Below the pieces are notes generated by a model. It was given only the letters and a program-made list of their open reading frames with translations. It was not told the origin of the DNA and did not search any database. Below, in pieces: positions 17,297 through 27,476 of a stretch of 64,000 nucleotides of DNA. The stretch is from the IMG/VR virus record IMGVR_UViG_3300032312_001422, positions 224,816 through 288,815 of that record. The stretch is one strand, 5' to 3'. This DNA comes from a virus. Taxonomy: Duplodnaviria; Caudoviricetes. The first letter of the stretch is position 1. Every line of letters starts with the position of its first letter. Both the position numbers and the translations under genes were made by a program.

Positions 17297-19690
17297 ATGG
17301 CAGATAATAACGAAGAATCAATACGTCGAGAAACCGAAGCTCGCGACAGTTCAATCAAAAGTGCTAAACAGCTCACGGACGTGCTTGACGACTTAATTGA
17401 TCGTAACAAAAGTGCCGAAGACAAACTCAAGAAATTAAACAAAGAATTAGACACAGGTAAAAAGCGTCTAGTAGACATTGGTCCAGCGTTGGAAAGCCTG
17501 CGTGAGTCCATTGAAAACACTACTGACGTAGAACAAAAAGCGGCATTGACTAGACAGCTCGAAAGCAAAGAGCGTCAAGCAAAATCGGCACAGTACAATA
17601 GATTGATAGTAGACGGCGCCATGGCACTAGCCGGCGGTCTAGCATCAGCTGGTGTCAGTATTACCAAGAGCGTTATTAACAGCTACCAAAGCAATGCCAG
17701 TGCGTTCCAAACAGCCGGAGATATTGCTGTTGCTGGCATTGATGCTACCAATCAAACAGTAAAAGGATTTGCTGGTGCAGCCAATGTGGCTGGCGCCGGT
17801 CTCATGTTCCTTGGTCCCAAAGGTATTGCTGCTGGGCTAGCCTTACAGGGTATTGCTACTGTAGCCACATTCCTTAGTGAAAAATTCTCAGACTTAGCCA
17901 AGTTTGGTATCAATGTTGCTGTTAGAGAGCTAGAAAATACAACCAAGAATTTTGCTGCCGCTAGTGCAGCAGGCGCCTTGTTCAGTCAAGGCATGGGCGA
18001 AATGCGTAGATCTGCAACTGAAGCAGGGCTTACCCAAGAACAGTTTGCTAAGGTCACAGCAGAAAACGCTGCCACATTTGCCATGTTTGGCGGTACTGTT
18101 GGTGGCGGTGCACAACGCTTTGCTCAGATCAACAAGCAAATGGGAGTATACCAAACTGGATTGATTAAACTGGGCTATAGCATTGAAGACATAGCCGATG
18201 GTACAGCACAGTACATGGCGTTGCAAGCAGCATCGGGTCGTGGACAACGCACAGACTATGCTAACCTGGCCAAGGAAACTGACGCATACCTAACCAACCT
18301 TAGGATAATCACAGCCTTCACCGGCGAAGACGCTAAAAAAGCACAGGCACGAGCCAGAGACGCTAGCACCCAATTGGCAGTAGATCAAAAAATACGAGAA
18401 ATGGAACTTGCCGGCGACACAGAAGCTAGAACAAGATTTGAAAACACAATAATGAGTTTGCCGGAAAGTTTAAAGAAACCTTTCCAACAATTCTTTTTAA
18501 CCAATGGCGCAGCCATTACTGATCCAGCAGCAGCCGCAGCAATTTACAACAACAGAGAAGCACTAGAACTGTTCAGACGATCTCTCATAAACGCAAATGA
18601 CAGCACATTGTCGGGTGCTGAAGCCACTAAAAGGTTCCAGTCAAATCAAATTGAATTAGGAAAAACAGCATTTGAAAGCAATAAAGATTTTAACAAAGCC
18701 CTGGGTATATCAACTGCACTGATAGGTAAAAATGCTGAAGAAACAGCGGTACTAACGGCATTCAATGAACTGTTTAAAAAGACTCAAATTGATGGTACCA
18801 AGACAGCCACAGAAACAGCCAAAGATCAAAAAACGAATACCGATGATCTCAGTGTTGCAACAGCCAAAGCCGCTAAAGAAATGCAGGATTTGCGGATACA
18901 GATACAGGACAAACTAACTGGCGCCATTACAAAGTTTGCTGCATTTATACCAGAAATTATCAAAGGTATAGACAAACAATTACGAGATGCAGGAATTAAC
19001 ATTAATACTCCGCCAACTACCCCTGGAGCAAACGGAAAACCAGTAATGGCACCGCAGGCTCCGGCCCCCGGGACGCCCGGCTCGGAGTTAAAAAAGGACT
19101 TTAGGGGGAATCCTATCTCTCAGGCGCCAACTTCGCCTAGTAGAGGCACCGTGTCGGCCAATGGCCTCAAAATTAAACCTGGATTTGACAGAGAAGAGCA
19201 ACAAGGCAACGCAACAATTATGGAGTTGGCCCAACAGGTTCATACCATGCTGGGTGGAAATTACAAACATTTTAGCGGTTTTAAAGATCGCGGCATAGAC
19301 GATAGTCCTGCTCACGGCAGTGGTCGTGCATTTGATCTAGTACTAAATGATTTAAAACAATATCCTGAGGTAGTGGCCAAATTAAGAAGCATGGGTGGAT
19401 TTAGCCGAGTATTAGATGAAAGCATAAAACCGGCCAATCCTGAGAAAGCAAAAGACTGGGGTCCACACTTACACGCTGAAGTGGCAGCTGCACAAGGTGC
19501 AGTTGTTCCAGCCACCACAGGCGGTGTCAACGTAAAAGTAGCCGAAGGCGGCGCCAGCGAAGTAATTGCACCACTCAAAAACGGACGTTTACCTGGAATG
19601 GACGAAATGATCGAACGATTGGATCAAATGATTTCGGTTATGAAAGACCACAGAGACACTTCGGAAAAAATCTTCAACGCTACAGCGTAA
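17297..19690 (+). CDS. tape measure-like protein with a C-terminal M15-type peptidase-like domain
   Basis: 797 aa, Ala/Gly-rich helical character with hydrophobic Gly/Ala stretches; AHGSGRAFD (H-x6-D) and PHLHAE near the C-terminus. Confidence 0.7.
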   Translation: MADNNEESIRRETEARDSSIKSAKQLTDVLDDLIDRNKSAEDKLKKLNKELDTGKKRLVDIGPALESLRESIENTTDVEQKAALTRQLESKERQAKSAQYNRLIVDGAMALAGGLASAGVSITKSVINSYQSNASAFQTAGDIAVAGIDATNQTVKGFAGAANVAGAGLMFLGPKGIAAGLALQGIATVATFLSEKFSDLAKFGINVAVRELENTTKNFAAASAAGALFSQGMGEMRRSATEAGLTQEQFAKVTAENAATFAMFGGTVGGGAQRFAQINKQMGVYQTGLIKLGYSIEDIADGTAQYMALQAASGRGQRTDYANLAKETDAYLTNLRIITAFTGEDAKKAQARARDASTQLAVDQKIREMELAGDTEARTRFENTIMSLPESLKKPFQQFFLTNGAAITDPAAAAAIYNNREALELFRRSLINANDSTLSGAEATKRFQSNQIELGKTAFESNKDFNKALGISTALIGKNAEETAVLTAFNELFKKTQIDGTKTATETAKDQKTNTDDLSVATAKAAKEMQDLRIQIQDKLTGAITKFAAFIPEIIKGIDKQLRDAGININTPPTTPGANGKPVMAPQAPAPGTPGSELKKDFRGNPISQAPTSPSRGTVSANGLKIKPGFDREEQQGNATIMELAQQVHTMLGGNYKHFSGFKDRGIDDSPAHGSGRAFDLVLNDLKQYPEVVAKLRSMGGFSRVLDESIKPANPEKAKDWGPHLHAEVAAAQGAVVPATTGGVNVKVAEGGASEVIAPLKNGRLPGMDEMIERLDQMISVMKDHRDTSEKIFNATA

Positions 19691-19695
19691 CCAGC

Positions 19696-19703
19696 TATAA
19701 ATA
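19696..19703 (+). promoter_or_regulatory. late promoter TATAAATA for portal
   Basis: exact T4 late consensus 20 nt upstream of the portal ATG. Confidence 0.75.
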
Positions 19704-19723
19704 TAGCATACGAGAGAACATAT

Positions 19724-21418
19724 ATGGCCGGTTGGAAAAAATATTTTAAGACTAGTAACTTACCAAGCAATGTAAGCCCTTTGGGTGCTGGACGTGCTCC
19801 AGATCCAGGTTTCCGCAACTATCAAAGTCAGTTACCAGAAGTTTATACCGGACAACCTAACCGTGTTGAACGCTACAATCAGTATGAGCAAATGGACATG
19901 GACTCAGAAGTCAATGCCGCACTGGACATTCTAGCTGAGTTTTGTACTCAAAAGAATCAAGAAAACCACACAGCATTCACTATCAAGTACAAAGAAACTC
20001 CGTCGGACAACGAAGTAAAAATCATCAAAGAACAACTACAGCAGTGGGTCAGCTTAAACGAACTGAACAAGCGTGTTTTTAAAATTGTTCGCAACACATT
20101 TAAGTACGGCGATCAAGTGTTTATACGTGATCCAGAAAACTTCAAGCTGTACTGGACAGAAATGTCAAAAGTTACCAAGGTTATTGTGAACGAAGGCGAA
20201 GGCAAAAAGCCCGAGCAATACTTGATTAAAGATCTAAACCCCAACTTCCAAAATCTAACTGTGACAGCAGTGGCCACCACAGACACTTATATGAATCATC
20301 CGCAAGTGGGTGGTCCATCCGGCAGTTACACACAACCACAAAGCCCATTTGGTGGTGGCTCACGCTTCAGTCATGCTCAAAACGAAGCTGCTCTCAACGC
20401 TGAACATGTGGTGCATATCAGCCTAACTGAAGGCTTGGACGTATACTGGCCATTTGGTAACTCAGTATTAGAAAACATTTTTAAAGTGTTTAAGCAGAAA
20501 GAACTGCTTGAAGATTCAATCATTATCTATCGTGTGCAACGTGCTCCAGAACGCAGAATCTTCAAGATTGACGTGGGTAACATGCCCACACACATGGCCA
20601 TGGCCTTTGTGGAACGTATCAAAAACGAAATACATCAGCGTCGTATTCCCACACAAAGTGGTGGCGGCGCCAACATGATGGATGCCACATACAATCCACT
20701 AAGCACCAACGAAGACTACTTCTTCCCAACCACAGCAGACGGTCGTGGAAGTAGTGTAGACGTGCTACCGGGTGGTCAAAACCTGGGCGAAATCACAGAC
20801 TTACGATTCTTTACCAACAAGCTGTTCCGTGGCCTGCGTATTCCCAGCAGTTATTTGCCCACCACAGCCGAAGACGGTACAGCAGCCTACACAGACGGAC
20901 GTGTGGGCACAGCACTGATACAAGAATGGCGTTTCAATCAGTATTGCCAACGTTTACAAAGCATGATTGCTGACAAGCTGGACAGTGAATTCAAACTGTT
21001 TATGCGTTGGCGTGGCTTTAACATTGACGGTAGCTTGTTTGATTTAAGCTTCAATGAACCACAGAACTTTGCTCAATATCGTCAAGCTGACATTGATGCT
21101 GCACGTATTGGCACATTTACACAGCTAGAACAGTATCCGTATCTCAGCAAGCGTTGGTTGATGAAGCGTTACTTGGGCATGACTGAACAAGAGATCAGCG
21201 AAAACGAAACAGCATGGGCAGAAGAACGTGGTGACGCCGAATTGGCACAGCCAGAAGCTCCAGGTCTACGTAGTGTGGGCATCAGCCCGGGCGGTCTACA
21301 AAACGATCTAGAAGGCCTAGGGCCTGAAGTAGCACCAGGTGCCGCACCCGGTGGTCCCGATTTAGGCGCCGCCACCCCAGGCGCACCTAGTCAAGCTGGC
21401 GCACAGCCAGCACTTTAA
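19724..21418 (+). CDS. gp20: portal vertex protein
   Basis: YEQMDMDSEVNAALD, LLEDSIIIYRVQRAPERRIFKIDVGNMP, EDYFFP, LPGGQNLGEITD, LRIPSSYL. Confidence 0.95.
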   Translation: MAGWKKYFKTSNLPSNVSPLGAGRAPDPGFRNYQSQLPEVYTGQPNRVERYNQYEQMDMDSEVNAALDILAEFCTQKNQENHTAFTIKYKETPSDNEVKIIKEQLQQWVSLNELNKRVFKIVRNTFKYGDQVFIRDPENFKLYWTEMSKVTKVIVNEGEGKKPEQYLIKDLNPNFQNLTVTAVATTDTYMNHPQVGGPSGSYTQPQSPFGGGSRFSHAQNEAALNAEHVVHISLTEGLDVYWPFGNSVLENIFKVFKQKELLEDSIIIYRVQRAPERRIFKIDVGNMPTHMAMAFVERIKNEIHQRRIPTQSGGGANMMDATYNPLSTNEDYFFPTTADGRGSSVDVLPGGQNLGEITDLRFFTNKLFRGLRIPSSYLPTTAEDGTAAYTDGRVGTALIQEWRFNQYCQRLQSMIADKLDSEFKLFMRWRGFNIDGSLFDLSFNEPQNFAQYRQADIDAARIGTFTQLEQYPYLSKRWLMKRYLGMTEQEISENETAWAEERGDAELAQPEAPGLRSVGISPGGLQNDLEGLGPEVAPGAAPGGPDLGAATPGAPSQAGAQPAL

Positions 21419-21441
21419 CAGATAAAAGGTTAAATAGTATT

Positions 21442-21675
21442 ATGATTATTAGCGAACTATTTGATCCAGCACCCCATGGTTATCACGATGAAAAAGCGGA
21501 CCAAAGTACGCTTAAAATGTCGGACAGCCGCAAAACTCGCTTGACTCTATCACACCTAAACCAGCTAAGACAAGCTCATGATGTACGTAAACTCGAGCAT
21601 GAGAAAAAGCTAGAAGCAGTGGCAAAACAGTACCAACCACCTGCAGAACCTGGTGGCGGCGCACTCGGAATATAA
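21442..21675 (+). CDS. small prohead-associated hypothetical protein (77 aa)
   Basis: lies between portal and core genes; TAAATA box 5 nt upstream; RKTRLTLSHLNQLR. Confidence 0.7.
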   Translation: MIISELFDPAPHGYHDEKADQSTLKMSDSRKTRLTLSHLNQLRQAHDVRKLEHEKKLEAVAKQYQPPAEPGGGALGI

Positions 21676-21771
21676 TTATTCCGTCAATATCCTTCAAAAA
21701 CTACCCATTTAACCCCAAAAACTGCGTATATTTGTAAATAATATACAAGCCATTTAATATAAGGAGTTCTT

Positions 21772-22731
21772 ATGAACAAGTTTGAAAAATTAATTGAATA
21801 CATCATTAACGATGAAGATCAAAAAGCACGTGATTTGTTTCACACAATCGTAGTAGAAAAAAGCCGTGACATCTATGAGTCCATTATGGACGAAGAGCAA
21901 GTCGAAGAAAACATGGGCGGACCTGTTGCTGGTGAGCAAGTTGAAGAACTAACAAATCAACTAGCTGACGAGGAAGCAGTGGGCGAAGCCGATGAAGAAG
22001 GCGAACAAGAATTTGACCTTGACCAAGACGGTGAAGATGATAGTGAAGTAAGTGGTGATTTTCCAGCTGATGACGCAGGACACGACGAAGAAGCCGAAGA
22101 CGACAAAATCATGAACATTGATGCCAAGTTGGACGAGCTATTAGCCAAGTTTGACGAAATCATGGGCGACACTGGATCAGACGAAATGTCGGCAGAAATG
22201 CCAGCAATGGACGACATGGGTGCCGAAGAGCCAAAAATGGCTGAAATGGGCATGATGGAAGCCGAAGAGTCCGATGAAGAAAATTGCGACGACGACGAAG
22301 AAGACAACAAAGAAGATAAAAAAGAAGAAGCCAAGGAATCACGTAACAATTCCCGTAAGCTATCTACTTCTGAACTAATGCGTGAGTATGTAGACCGTAT
22401 TGGTGATATCTACGGTGGTGCTGGCGATGCAGCCGAAGGCGATGCAGTCGCTGGATCTGGTAAAAAGACAAGTGTAAACACCAAGTCTGTAACTGGTCCC
22501 GGTGCCGACTTTGGTGGTACAGCAGTTAAGACCAAGGGCGGCGAAAGCAACCCAGACGGCACAAGTGCTCCAAGTTCAGACAAGCCACAAGAAATCAAAT
22601 CTGGTAACATCAATGTTCCAGGTGGAAAAGCTGGTAACTCGTTTAAAACTAAAGAAGCAGCCAAGTCAGGCGAAGGTCAAACTACCGATGGTAGCGTACC
22701 TACAAACGACAAGAGCCCAGTTCGTAAATAA
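21772..22731 (+). CDS. highly acidic prohead core/scaffold-like protein (gp67/gp68 position)
   Basis: Asp/Glu-rich low-complexity middle, strong AAGGAG RBS, GTAAATA at 21734-21740, directly before the protease. Confidence 0.65.
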   Translation: MNKFEKLIEYIINDEDQKARDLFHTIVVEKSRDIYESIMDEEQVEENMGGPVAGEQVEELTNQLADEEAVGEADEEGEQEFDLDQDGEDDSEVSGDFPADDAGHDEEAEDDKIMNIDAKLDELLAKFDEIMGDTGSDEMSAEMPAMDDMGAEEPKMAEMGMMEAEESDEENCDDDEEDNKEDKKEEAKESRNNSRKLSTSELMREYVDRIGDIYGGAGDAAEGDAVAGSGKKTSVNTKSVTGPGADFGGTAVKTKGGESNPDGTSAPSSDKPQEIKSGNINVPGGKAGNSFKTKEAAKSGEGQTTDGSVPTNDKSPVRK

Positions 22732-22744
22732 TTAGGAACTACAA

Positions 22745-23377
22745 ATGGCTTTGTACCTAAAAGAGAATCTTACATTTGATCGGGCGGGCTTGATTGTTGA
22801 GTCCGTTGACGAGAATGGTAAGAAATCTCTAAAAATGGAGGGTATATTCATCGAAGGCGGAGTAAAAAACGCCAATGAACGAGTATACCCTGTCCATGAA
22901 ATAGAAAAAGCTGTTAATACCATCAACAAACAAATCAATGAAGGTTACTCAGTCTTGGGTGAAGTAGATCATCCAGATGATTTAAAGATTAACCTAGACC
23001 GCGTAAGCCACATGATTGAAAAGATGTGGATGGATGGTCCAACAGGACGTGGTAAATTAAAGGTATTGCCAACCCCAATGGGACAACTAGTAGAAGCCAT
23101 GATAACCTCTGGTGTCAAGCTAGGTGTTTCGTCACGTGGATCTGGCAATGTCAATGAAGGAAGTGGACACGTTAGTGATTTTGAAATCATTACCGTAGAC
23201 ATCGTAGCACAACCTAGTGCTCCTCATGCTTATCCAAAAGCCATCTATGAAGGCTTGATGAATATGCGTGGTGGCGCCAAGGTATTTGAAACGGCACGTG
23301 AAGCCGCTCAAGATCAAAAAGTACAGAAGTACCTGAAAGAAGGCATTGCAGCCTTGATCAAAGATTTAAAACTATAG
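22745..23377 (+). CDS. gp21: prohead core protease
   Basis: KNANERVYP, GEVDHP (catalytic His), LGVSSRGSG (catalytic Ser), DIVAQPSAP. Confidence 0.95.
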   Translation: MALYLKENLTFDRAGLIVESVDENGKKSLKMEGIFIEGGVKNANERVYPVHEIEKAVNTINKQINEGYSVLGEVDHPDDLKINLDRVSHMIEKMWMDGPTGRGKLKVLPTPMGQLVEAMITSGVKLGVSSRGSGNVNEGSGHVSDFEIITVDIVAQPSAPHAYPKAIYEGLMNMRGGAKVFETAREAAQDQKVQKYLKEGIAALIKDLKL

Positions 23378-23389
23378 GAGAAATATCCA

Positions 23390-24508
23390 ATGTTAGATGC
23401 TATCAAACCATTGTTGGATAACGGAATCATTAATGAAGAGACTAAGACAGCTATTGCTGAAGCTTGGGAATCACGCATCACTGAAGCCAAAGAACAAGTT
23501 CGTGCAGAATTACGCGAGGAATTTGCTCAACGTTATCAACATGACAAAGCAGTAATGGTTGAAGCTCTAGACAAAATGGTAACAGAGTCTCTCACTGCTG
23601 AACTACAAGAGTTTGCAGACGAAAAACAACAATTAGCCGAAGACCGTGTTGCATTCAAAAAGCAAATGGTTGAAAGTGCAAGTAAGTTTGACAATTTCTT
23701 AGTTAGTAAACTAGCTGAAGAAATCAAAGAACTACGTGCAGATCGTAAAACTTACGAGAATGCTATCAGCAAACTTGAACAGTTTACAATCCGTGCATTG
23801 GCAGAAGAAATCAAAGAATTTGAAGCAGACAAGCGTGCCGTAGTGGAAACTAAGGTTCGTCTAGTTGCTGAAGGTAAAGCTAAGTTAGCTGAACTACAAG
23901 CCAAGTTCGTAAAACAATCTGCTGAGGCTGTTAAAGAGGCCGTAACCAGTTCGTTAGAGTCAGAACTGACTCAACTAAAAGAAGACATCCAAGTTGCTCG
24001 CGAGAACATGTTTGGTCGTCGTCTATATGAAGCATTCGCAAGCGAATTTGCTGTTACTCACTTAAATGAGAACAAACAAATCCGTGAGTTACAATCCACA
24101 GTGGACATGGTAACTCAGAAATTGTCTGAAGCAGTATCAGCAATTGAAGATAAGAAAGCTTTGGTTGAATCAAAAGAAACAGAAATTCGTATTATCAAAG
24201 AATCAACAGAACGCAAAGAACGTCTTGCAGAAATGTTGAAGCCTTTGAACAAAGAGAAGTCAGCAATCATGCGTGACCTACTCGAGAGTGTGCAGACTGA
24301 TAAGCTACAGTCCGCATATGAAAAGTATCTACCAGCTGTACTAAACAACTCTTCTGTTAAAGAAGTAGCCCCAAAAGCTGCTGTACTAACAGAAAGTCGT
24401 CAAGTGGTAACTGGTGATAAAACTGCTAAAACTGCCGTTGAAACTTCAGAAGCAAAAGACGTAATGTCCAATGTGTTTGAAATGAAACGTTTAGCAGGGC
24501 TTAATTAA
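23390..24508 (+). CDS. gp22: prohead core scaffold protein
   Basis: coiled-coil Glu/Lys/Ala-rich protein between protease and capsid genes; ends FEMKRLAGLN. Confidence 0.85.
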   Translation: MLDAIKPLLDNGIINEETKTAIAEAWESRITEAKEQVRAELREEFAQRYQHDKAVMVEALDKMVTESLTAELQEFADEKQQLAEDRVAFKKQMVESASKFDNFLVSKLAEEIKELRADRKTYENAISKLEQFTIRALAEEIKEFEADKRAVVETKVRLVAEGKAKLAELQAKFVKQSAEAVKEAVTSSLESELTQLKEDIQVARENMFGRRLYEAFASEFAVTHLNENKQIRELQSTVDMVTQKLSEAVSAIEDKKALVESKETEIRIIKESTERKERLAEMLKPLNKEKSAIMRDLLESVQTDKLQSAYEKYLPAVLNNSSVKEVAPKAAVLTESRQVVTGDKTAKTAVETSEAKDVMSNVFEMKRLAGLN

Positions 24509-24532
24509 ACCCTAAAAGGAAAGAGGAATATT

Positions 24533-25711
24533 ATGACACAAGCATTATTAGAAGGCCGTTGGGGCGAAACAAAAGAAGCCCTGTTAGAAGGTCTAAATGG
24601 TTCTAAAAGAACTACAATGGGTGTAATCCTTGAGAATACACGCAAAATGTTGGCTGAAAACGCAACAGCTGGCTCTACACAAGCAGGTAACGTAGCTACA
24701 CTTAACCGTGTAATTCTACCAGTTATCCGTCGTGTAATGCCAACAGTTATCGCCAACGAAATCGTTGGTGTACAGCCAATGACAGGTCCAGTTGCTCAGA
24801 TCCATACACTACGTGTACGTTATGCTGACAGCGTTACAGATTCATCTGCATACGCAACAAGCACAACAGCTGGTGACGAAGCATTGAGCCCATTCAAAAT
24901 TGCAACAGCTTACTCTGGTAGTAACTCTACTGGTATGGCTAATACAACTAGTACACTAGAAGGTGTTGCTGGTAACCGTATTAACGTTCAGATTTTGAAA
25001 CAAGTTGTAGAAGCTAAAACACGTAAGTTAAGTGCTCGTTGGACATTCGAAGCCGCACAAGACGCACAGTCTATGCACGGTTTGGATGTTGAGGCAGAAA
25101 TTATGGCTGCCCTAGCACAAGAAATCACTGTAGAGATCGATCAAGAGATTCTTGGTTCCCTACGTGCTCTTGCCGCTACTGATGAAGCATATGACCAATC
25201 TGCTGTTTCTGGTACAGCCACATTTGTTGGTGATGAGCATGCCGCTTTGGCAGTTCTAGTCAACCGTGTTGCTAACAAGATCGCTCAGCGTACACGTCGT
25301 GGTGCTGGTAACTGGGCAGTTGTAAGTCCAGCTGCTTTGACAGTACTACAAAGTGCTACAACAAGTGCTTTTGCTCGTACAACAGAAGGTACATTCGAAG
25401 CTCCTACAAACACCAAGTTTGTTGGTACATTGAACGGTGCAATGAAGGTATATGTTGACGGTTATGCAAACGACAGTCAGGCTGTATTGGTTGGTTATAA
25501 GGGTTCAAGCGAAGCTGATGCAGCTGCGTTCTATTGCCCATATATCCCATTGATGAGTTCTGGTGTTGTACTAGATCCATCTACATTCGAACCAGTCGTA
25601 TCATTTATGACACGTTATGGTTATGTAGAGTTAACAAACACAGCGTCTTCGCTAGGTAATGCTGGTGACTACGTTGGTGAGATCTCTGTATCAAACCTAT
25701 CGTTCCAGTAA
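24533..25711 (+). CDS. gp23: major capsid protein
   Basis: PVIRRVMPTVIANEIVGVQPMTGP, AKTRKLSARWTFEAAQD, EIMAALAQEITVEIDQEI, FYCPYIPL, FMTRYG. Confidence 0.97.
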   Translation: MTQALLEGRWGETKEALLEGLNGSKRTTMGVILENTRKMLAENATAGSTQAGNVATLNRVILPVIRRVMPTVIANEIVGVQPMTGPVAQIHTLRVRYADSVTDSSAYATSTTAGDEALSPFKIATAYSGSNSTGMANTTSTLEGVAGNRINVQILKQVVEAKTRKLSARWTFEAAQDAQSMHGLDVEAEIMAALAQEITVEIDQEILGSLRALAATDEAYDQSAVSGTATFVGDEHAALAVLVNRVANKIAQRTRRGAGNWAVVSPAALTVLQSATTSAFARTTEGTFEAPTNTKFVGTLNGAMKVYVDGYANDSQAVLVGYKGSSEADAAAFYCPYIPLMSSGVVLDPSTFEPVVSFMTRYGYVELTNTASSLGNAGDYVGEISVSNLSFQ

Positions 25712-25744
25712 AAAGGAATATCCACCCCAGGGATGGGAAGGAAC

Positions 25745-25769
25745 AAAAAGGCTCTTCGGAGCCTTTTTT
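25745..25769 (+). terminator. intrinsic terminator after the capsid gene
   Basis: AAAAAGGCTC-TTCG-GAGCCTTTTT(T). Confidence 0.9.
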
Positions 25770-25801
25770 GTTGGCTGTGTTTTTATCATGTAAATATAAT
25801 A

Positions 25802-26515
25802 ATGAAGAAACAGTTATTGGTGGCCTTTGGCGACTCGTGGACATTTGGCAGTGAACTAGATATTCCTAGAGAAGATCCCTGGGTCAAGCACGTAGCTGAC
25901 CAGCTTGGTATAGAATATGTAAACATGGGCGTACCAGCCAGCAGCATTGGACACACCACAGTACAACTATTTGATTTTATAAAACAGCGTCCTAACTTTG
26001 AAGAATATAAATTAATTTTCATGATTGGACTCACAGCACCATCTAGGTATTTGAGTTACAACAATCGAGACAACGAGTTTATAAACATAACGTCGGAAGC
26101 ACCGTACAGTACCAGCAACATACACTTTACAGGTAGAGCGCCAGACTGTGTGATGCACATGCAAGACTACGCACAGCAAACATATCGGTATGTGGAGTCA
26201 GGGCTGTACAATGAATTTTTAGGAGTGCAAACAGTTTTTCAATTTCAACAATTTTGTTTTTACAATGAAATAGATTGCGTGTTCTTTAGCTACTTTGATC
26301 AACTGGTAACTGACAATTACGGACACATGTTGCGTAAAGATCTAATTTACCCAACAACTATTACTCGAGCATTAACCGGCAAAGAATATGACTTACCGGA
26401 CATAAGAGAAAATGAATATTTTACGGGCAAGCTGTTTCATCCCAACATTGCAGGCCACCGGCGTATTGCTGAACTTCTATTAGAATTTTATGATCAAAAA
26501 TATCCTCGGGATTGA
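25802..26515 (+). CDS. SGNH/GDSL hydrolase-fold protein
   Basis: VAFGDSWTFG (block I) and FHPNIAGH (block V); start trimmed to MKKQLL because the track start lies inside the terminator region. Confidence 0.75.
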   Translation: MKKQLLVAFGDSWTFGSELDIPREDPWVKHVADQLGIEYVNMGVPASSIGHTTVQLFDFIKQRPNFEEYKLIFMIGLTAPSRYLSYNNRDNEFINITSEAPYSTSNIHFTGRAPDCVMHMQDYAQQTYRYVESGLYNEFLGVQTVFQFQQFCFYNEIDCVFFSYFDQLVTDNYGHMLRKDLIYPTTITRALTGKEYDLPDIRENEYFTGKLFHPNIAGHRRIAELLLEFYDQKYPRD

Positions 26516-27476
26516 AGGCGACGACTTACCATATCATCTTGAATTGCTCGGACTCGACGCTAACACGTTTGATCCGCAGGTTTTATTTTGGCCACTAGTT
26601 GACCACTACAACACACATGACGCAGAATGGTTAGCTACATATACCACTCGTGCCAAATCAAGTCGAACAGTCGTTTTTTATGATTTGGTCAACACTGGCG
26701 ATTACGAACACACCAAGTTTTGTGAGTTTGTTAGTAACTTTGATCATCCTCATCGTGTTTACCTTACAGCAAATCAAAGTCTCAAATTAAAATTAGCCAA
26801 TGTACACATTGTGCCTTGGGATTTCATGTGGAACCGATATCGCAGTTATTATACAGAAACAGTTCCGTACGATAACCTATACCTGCATCATTACAGTGGC
26901 CCAGCAGCATATCAAATACCCAAATTGAATTTTGATCAACCCAAAGCAAAAAAGTTTTTAAGTATGACCGGGCGTGAGTTCAGCTATAGAACCAATTTGT
27001 ATGAATTTGTCAAAGACTTTGATGACGGATATGTAAGTAACCGTAGTCGTGGAATTACTGTAGAAGGTTGTGACATAATAGGAGCATTTCAGCCTGTGCC
27101 CAATGCATTTTATTTAGACAGCTATGTCAGCATCTACTGTGAAAGCAATTTTTTACGCAACGACCTTATACACATTACAGAAAAAACATTTGAGCCGTTG
27201 ATCAAAGGGCATATCATTTTACCATTTAGTAACCCCGGTACTATCAGTAGACTGGTTGAAATGGGGTTTAAGATGCCGGACTGTGTAGACTATGGTTTTG
27301 ATAACATAACCAATCCACAACAGCGATTTACTGCATTAACTGAAGAATTTCAACGATTAATGACAAAAGATTTGCCACAGTTATACAAACACAATCAAGA
27401 AATATTTGTACACAATCAAGAATGCATTAACACTATCAAGTATGATACCAGGATATTAACACTTTACAATGTTTAA
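26490..27476 (+). CDS. putative glycosyltransferase-like protein (GT-B type C-terminal motif)
   Basis: KKFLSMTG...SYVSIYCES...HITEKTFEPLIKGHIILPF resembles the ITEK motif region of GT10-type enzymes; weak. Confidence 0.4.
   Translation: MIKNILGIEGDDLPYHLELLGLDANTFDPQVLFWPLVDHYNTHDAEWLATYTTRAKSSRTVVFYDLVNTGDYEHTKFCEFVSNFDHPHRVYLTANQSLKLKLANVHIVPWDFMWNRYRSYYTETVPYDNLYLHHYSGPAAYQIPKLNFDQPKAKKFLSMTGREFSYRTNLYEFVKDFDDGYVSNRSRGITVEGCDIIGAFQPVPNAFYLDSYVSIYCESNFLRNDLIHITEKTFEPLIKGHIILPFSNPGTISRLVEMGFKMPDCVDYGFDNITNPQQRFTALTEEFQRLMTKDLPQLYKHNQEIFVHNQECINTIKYDTRILTLYNV

Noticed and set aside
25733-25801. N-terminal extensions given by the ORF track (also 9303, 11638, 17278, 48676, 51459)
   Set aside because: They overlap terminators, promoter boxes or upstream genes; downstream starts fit RBS, coupling or motif boundaries better
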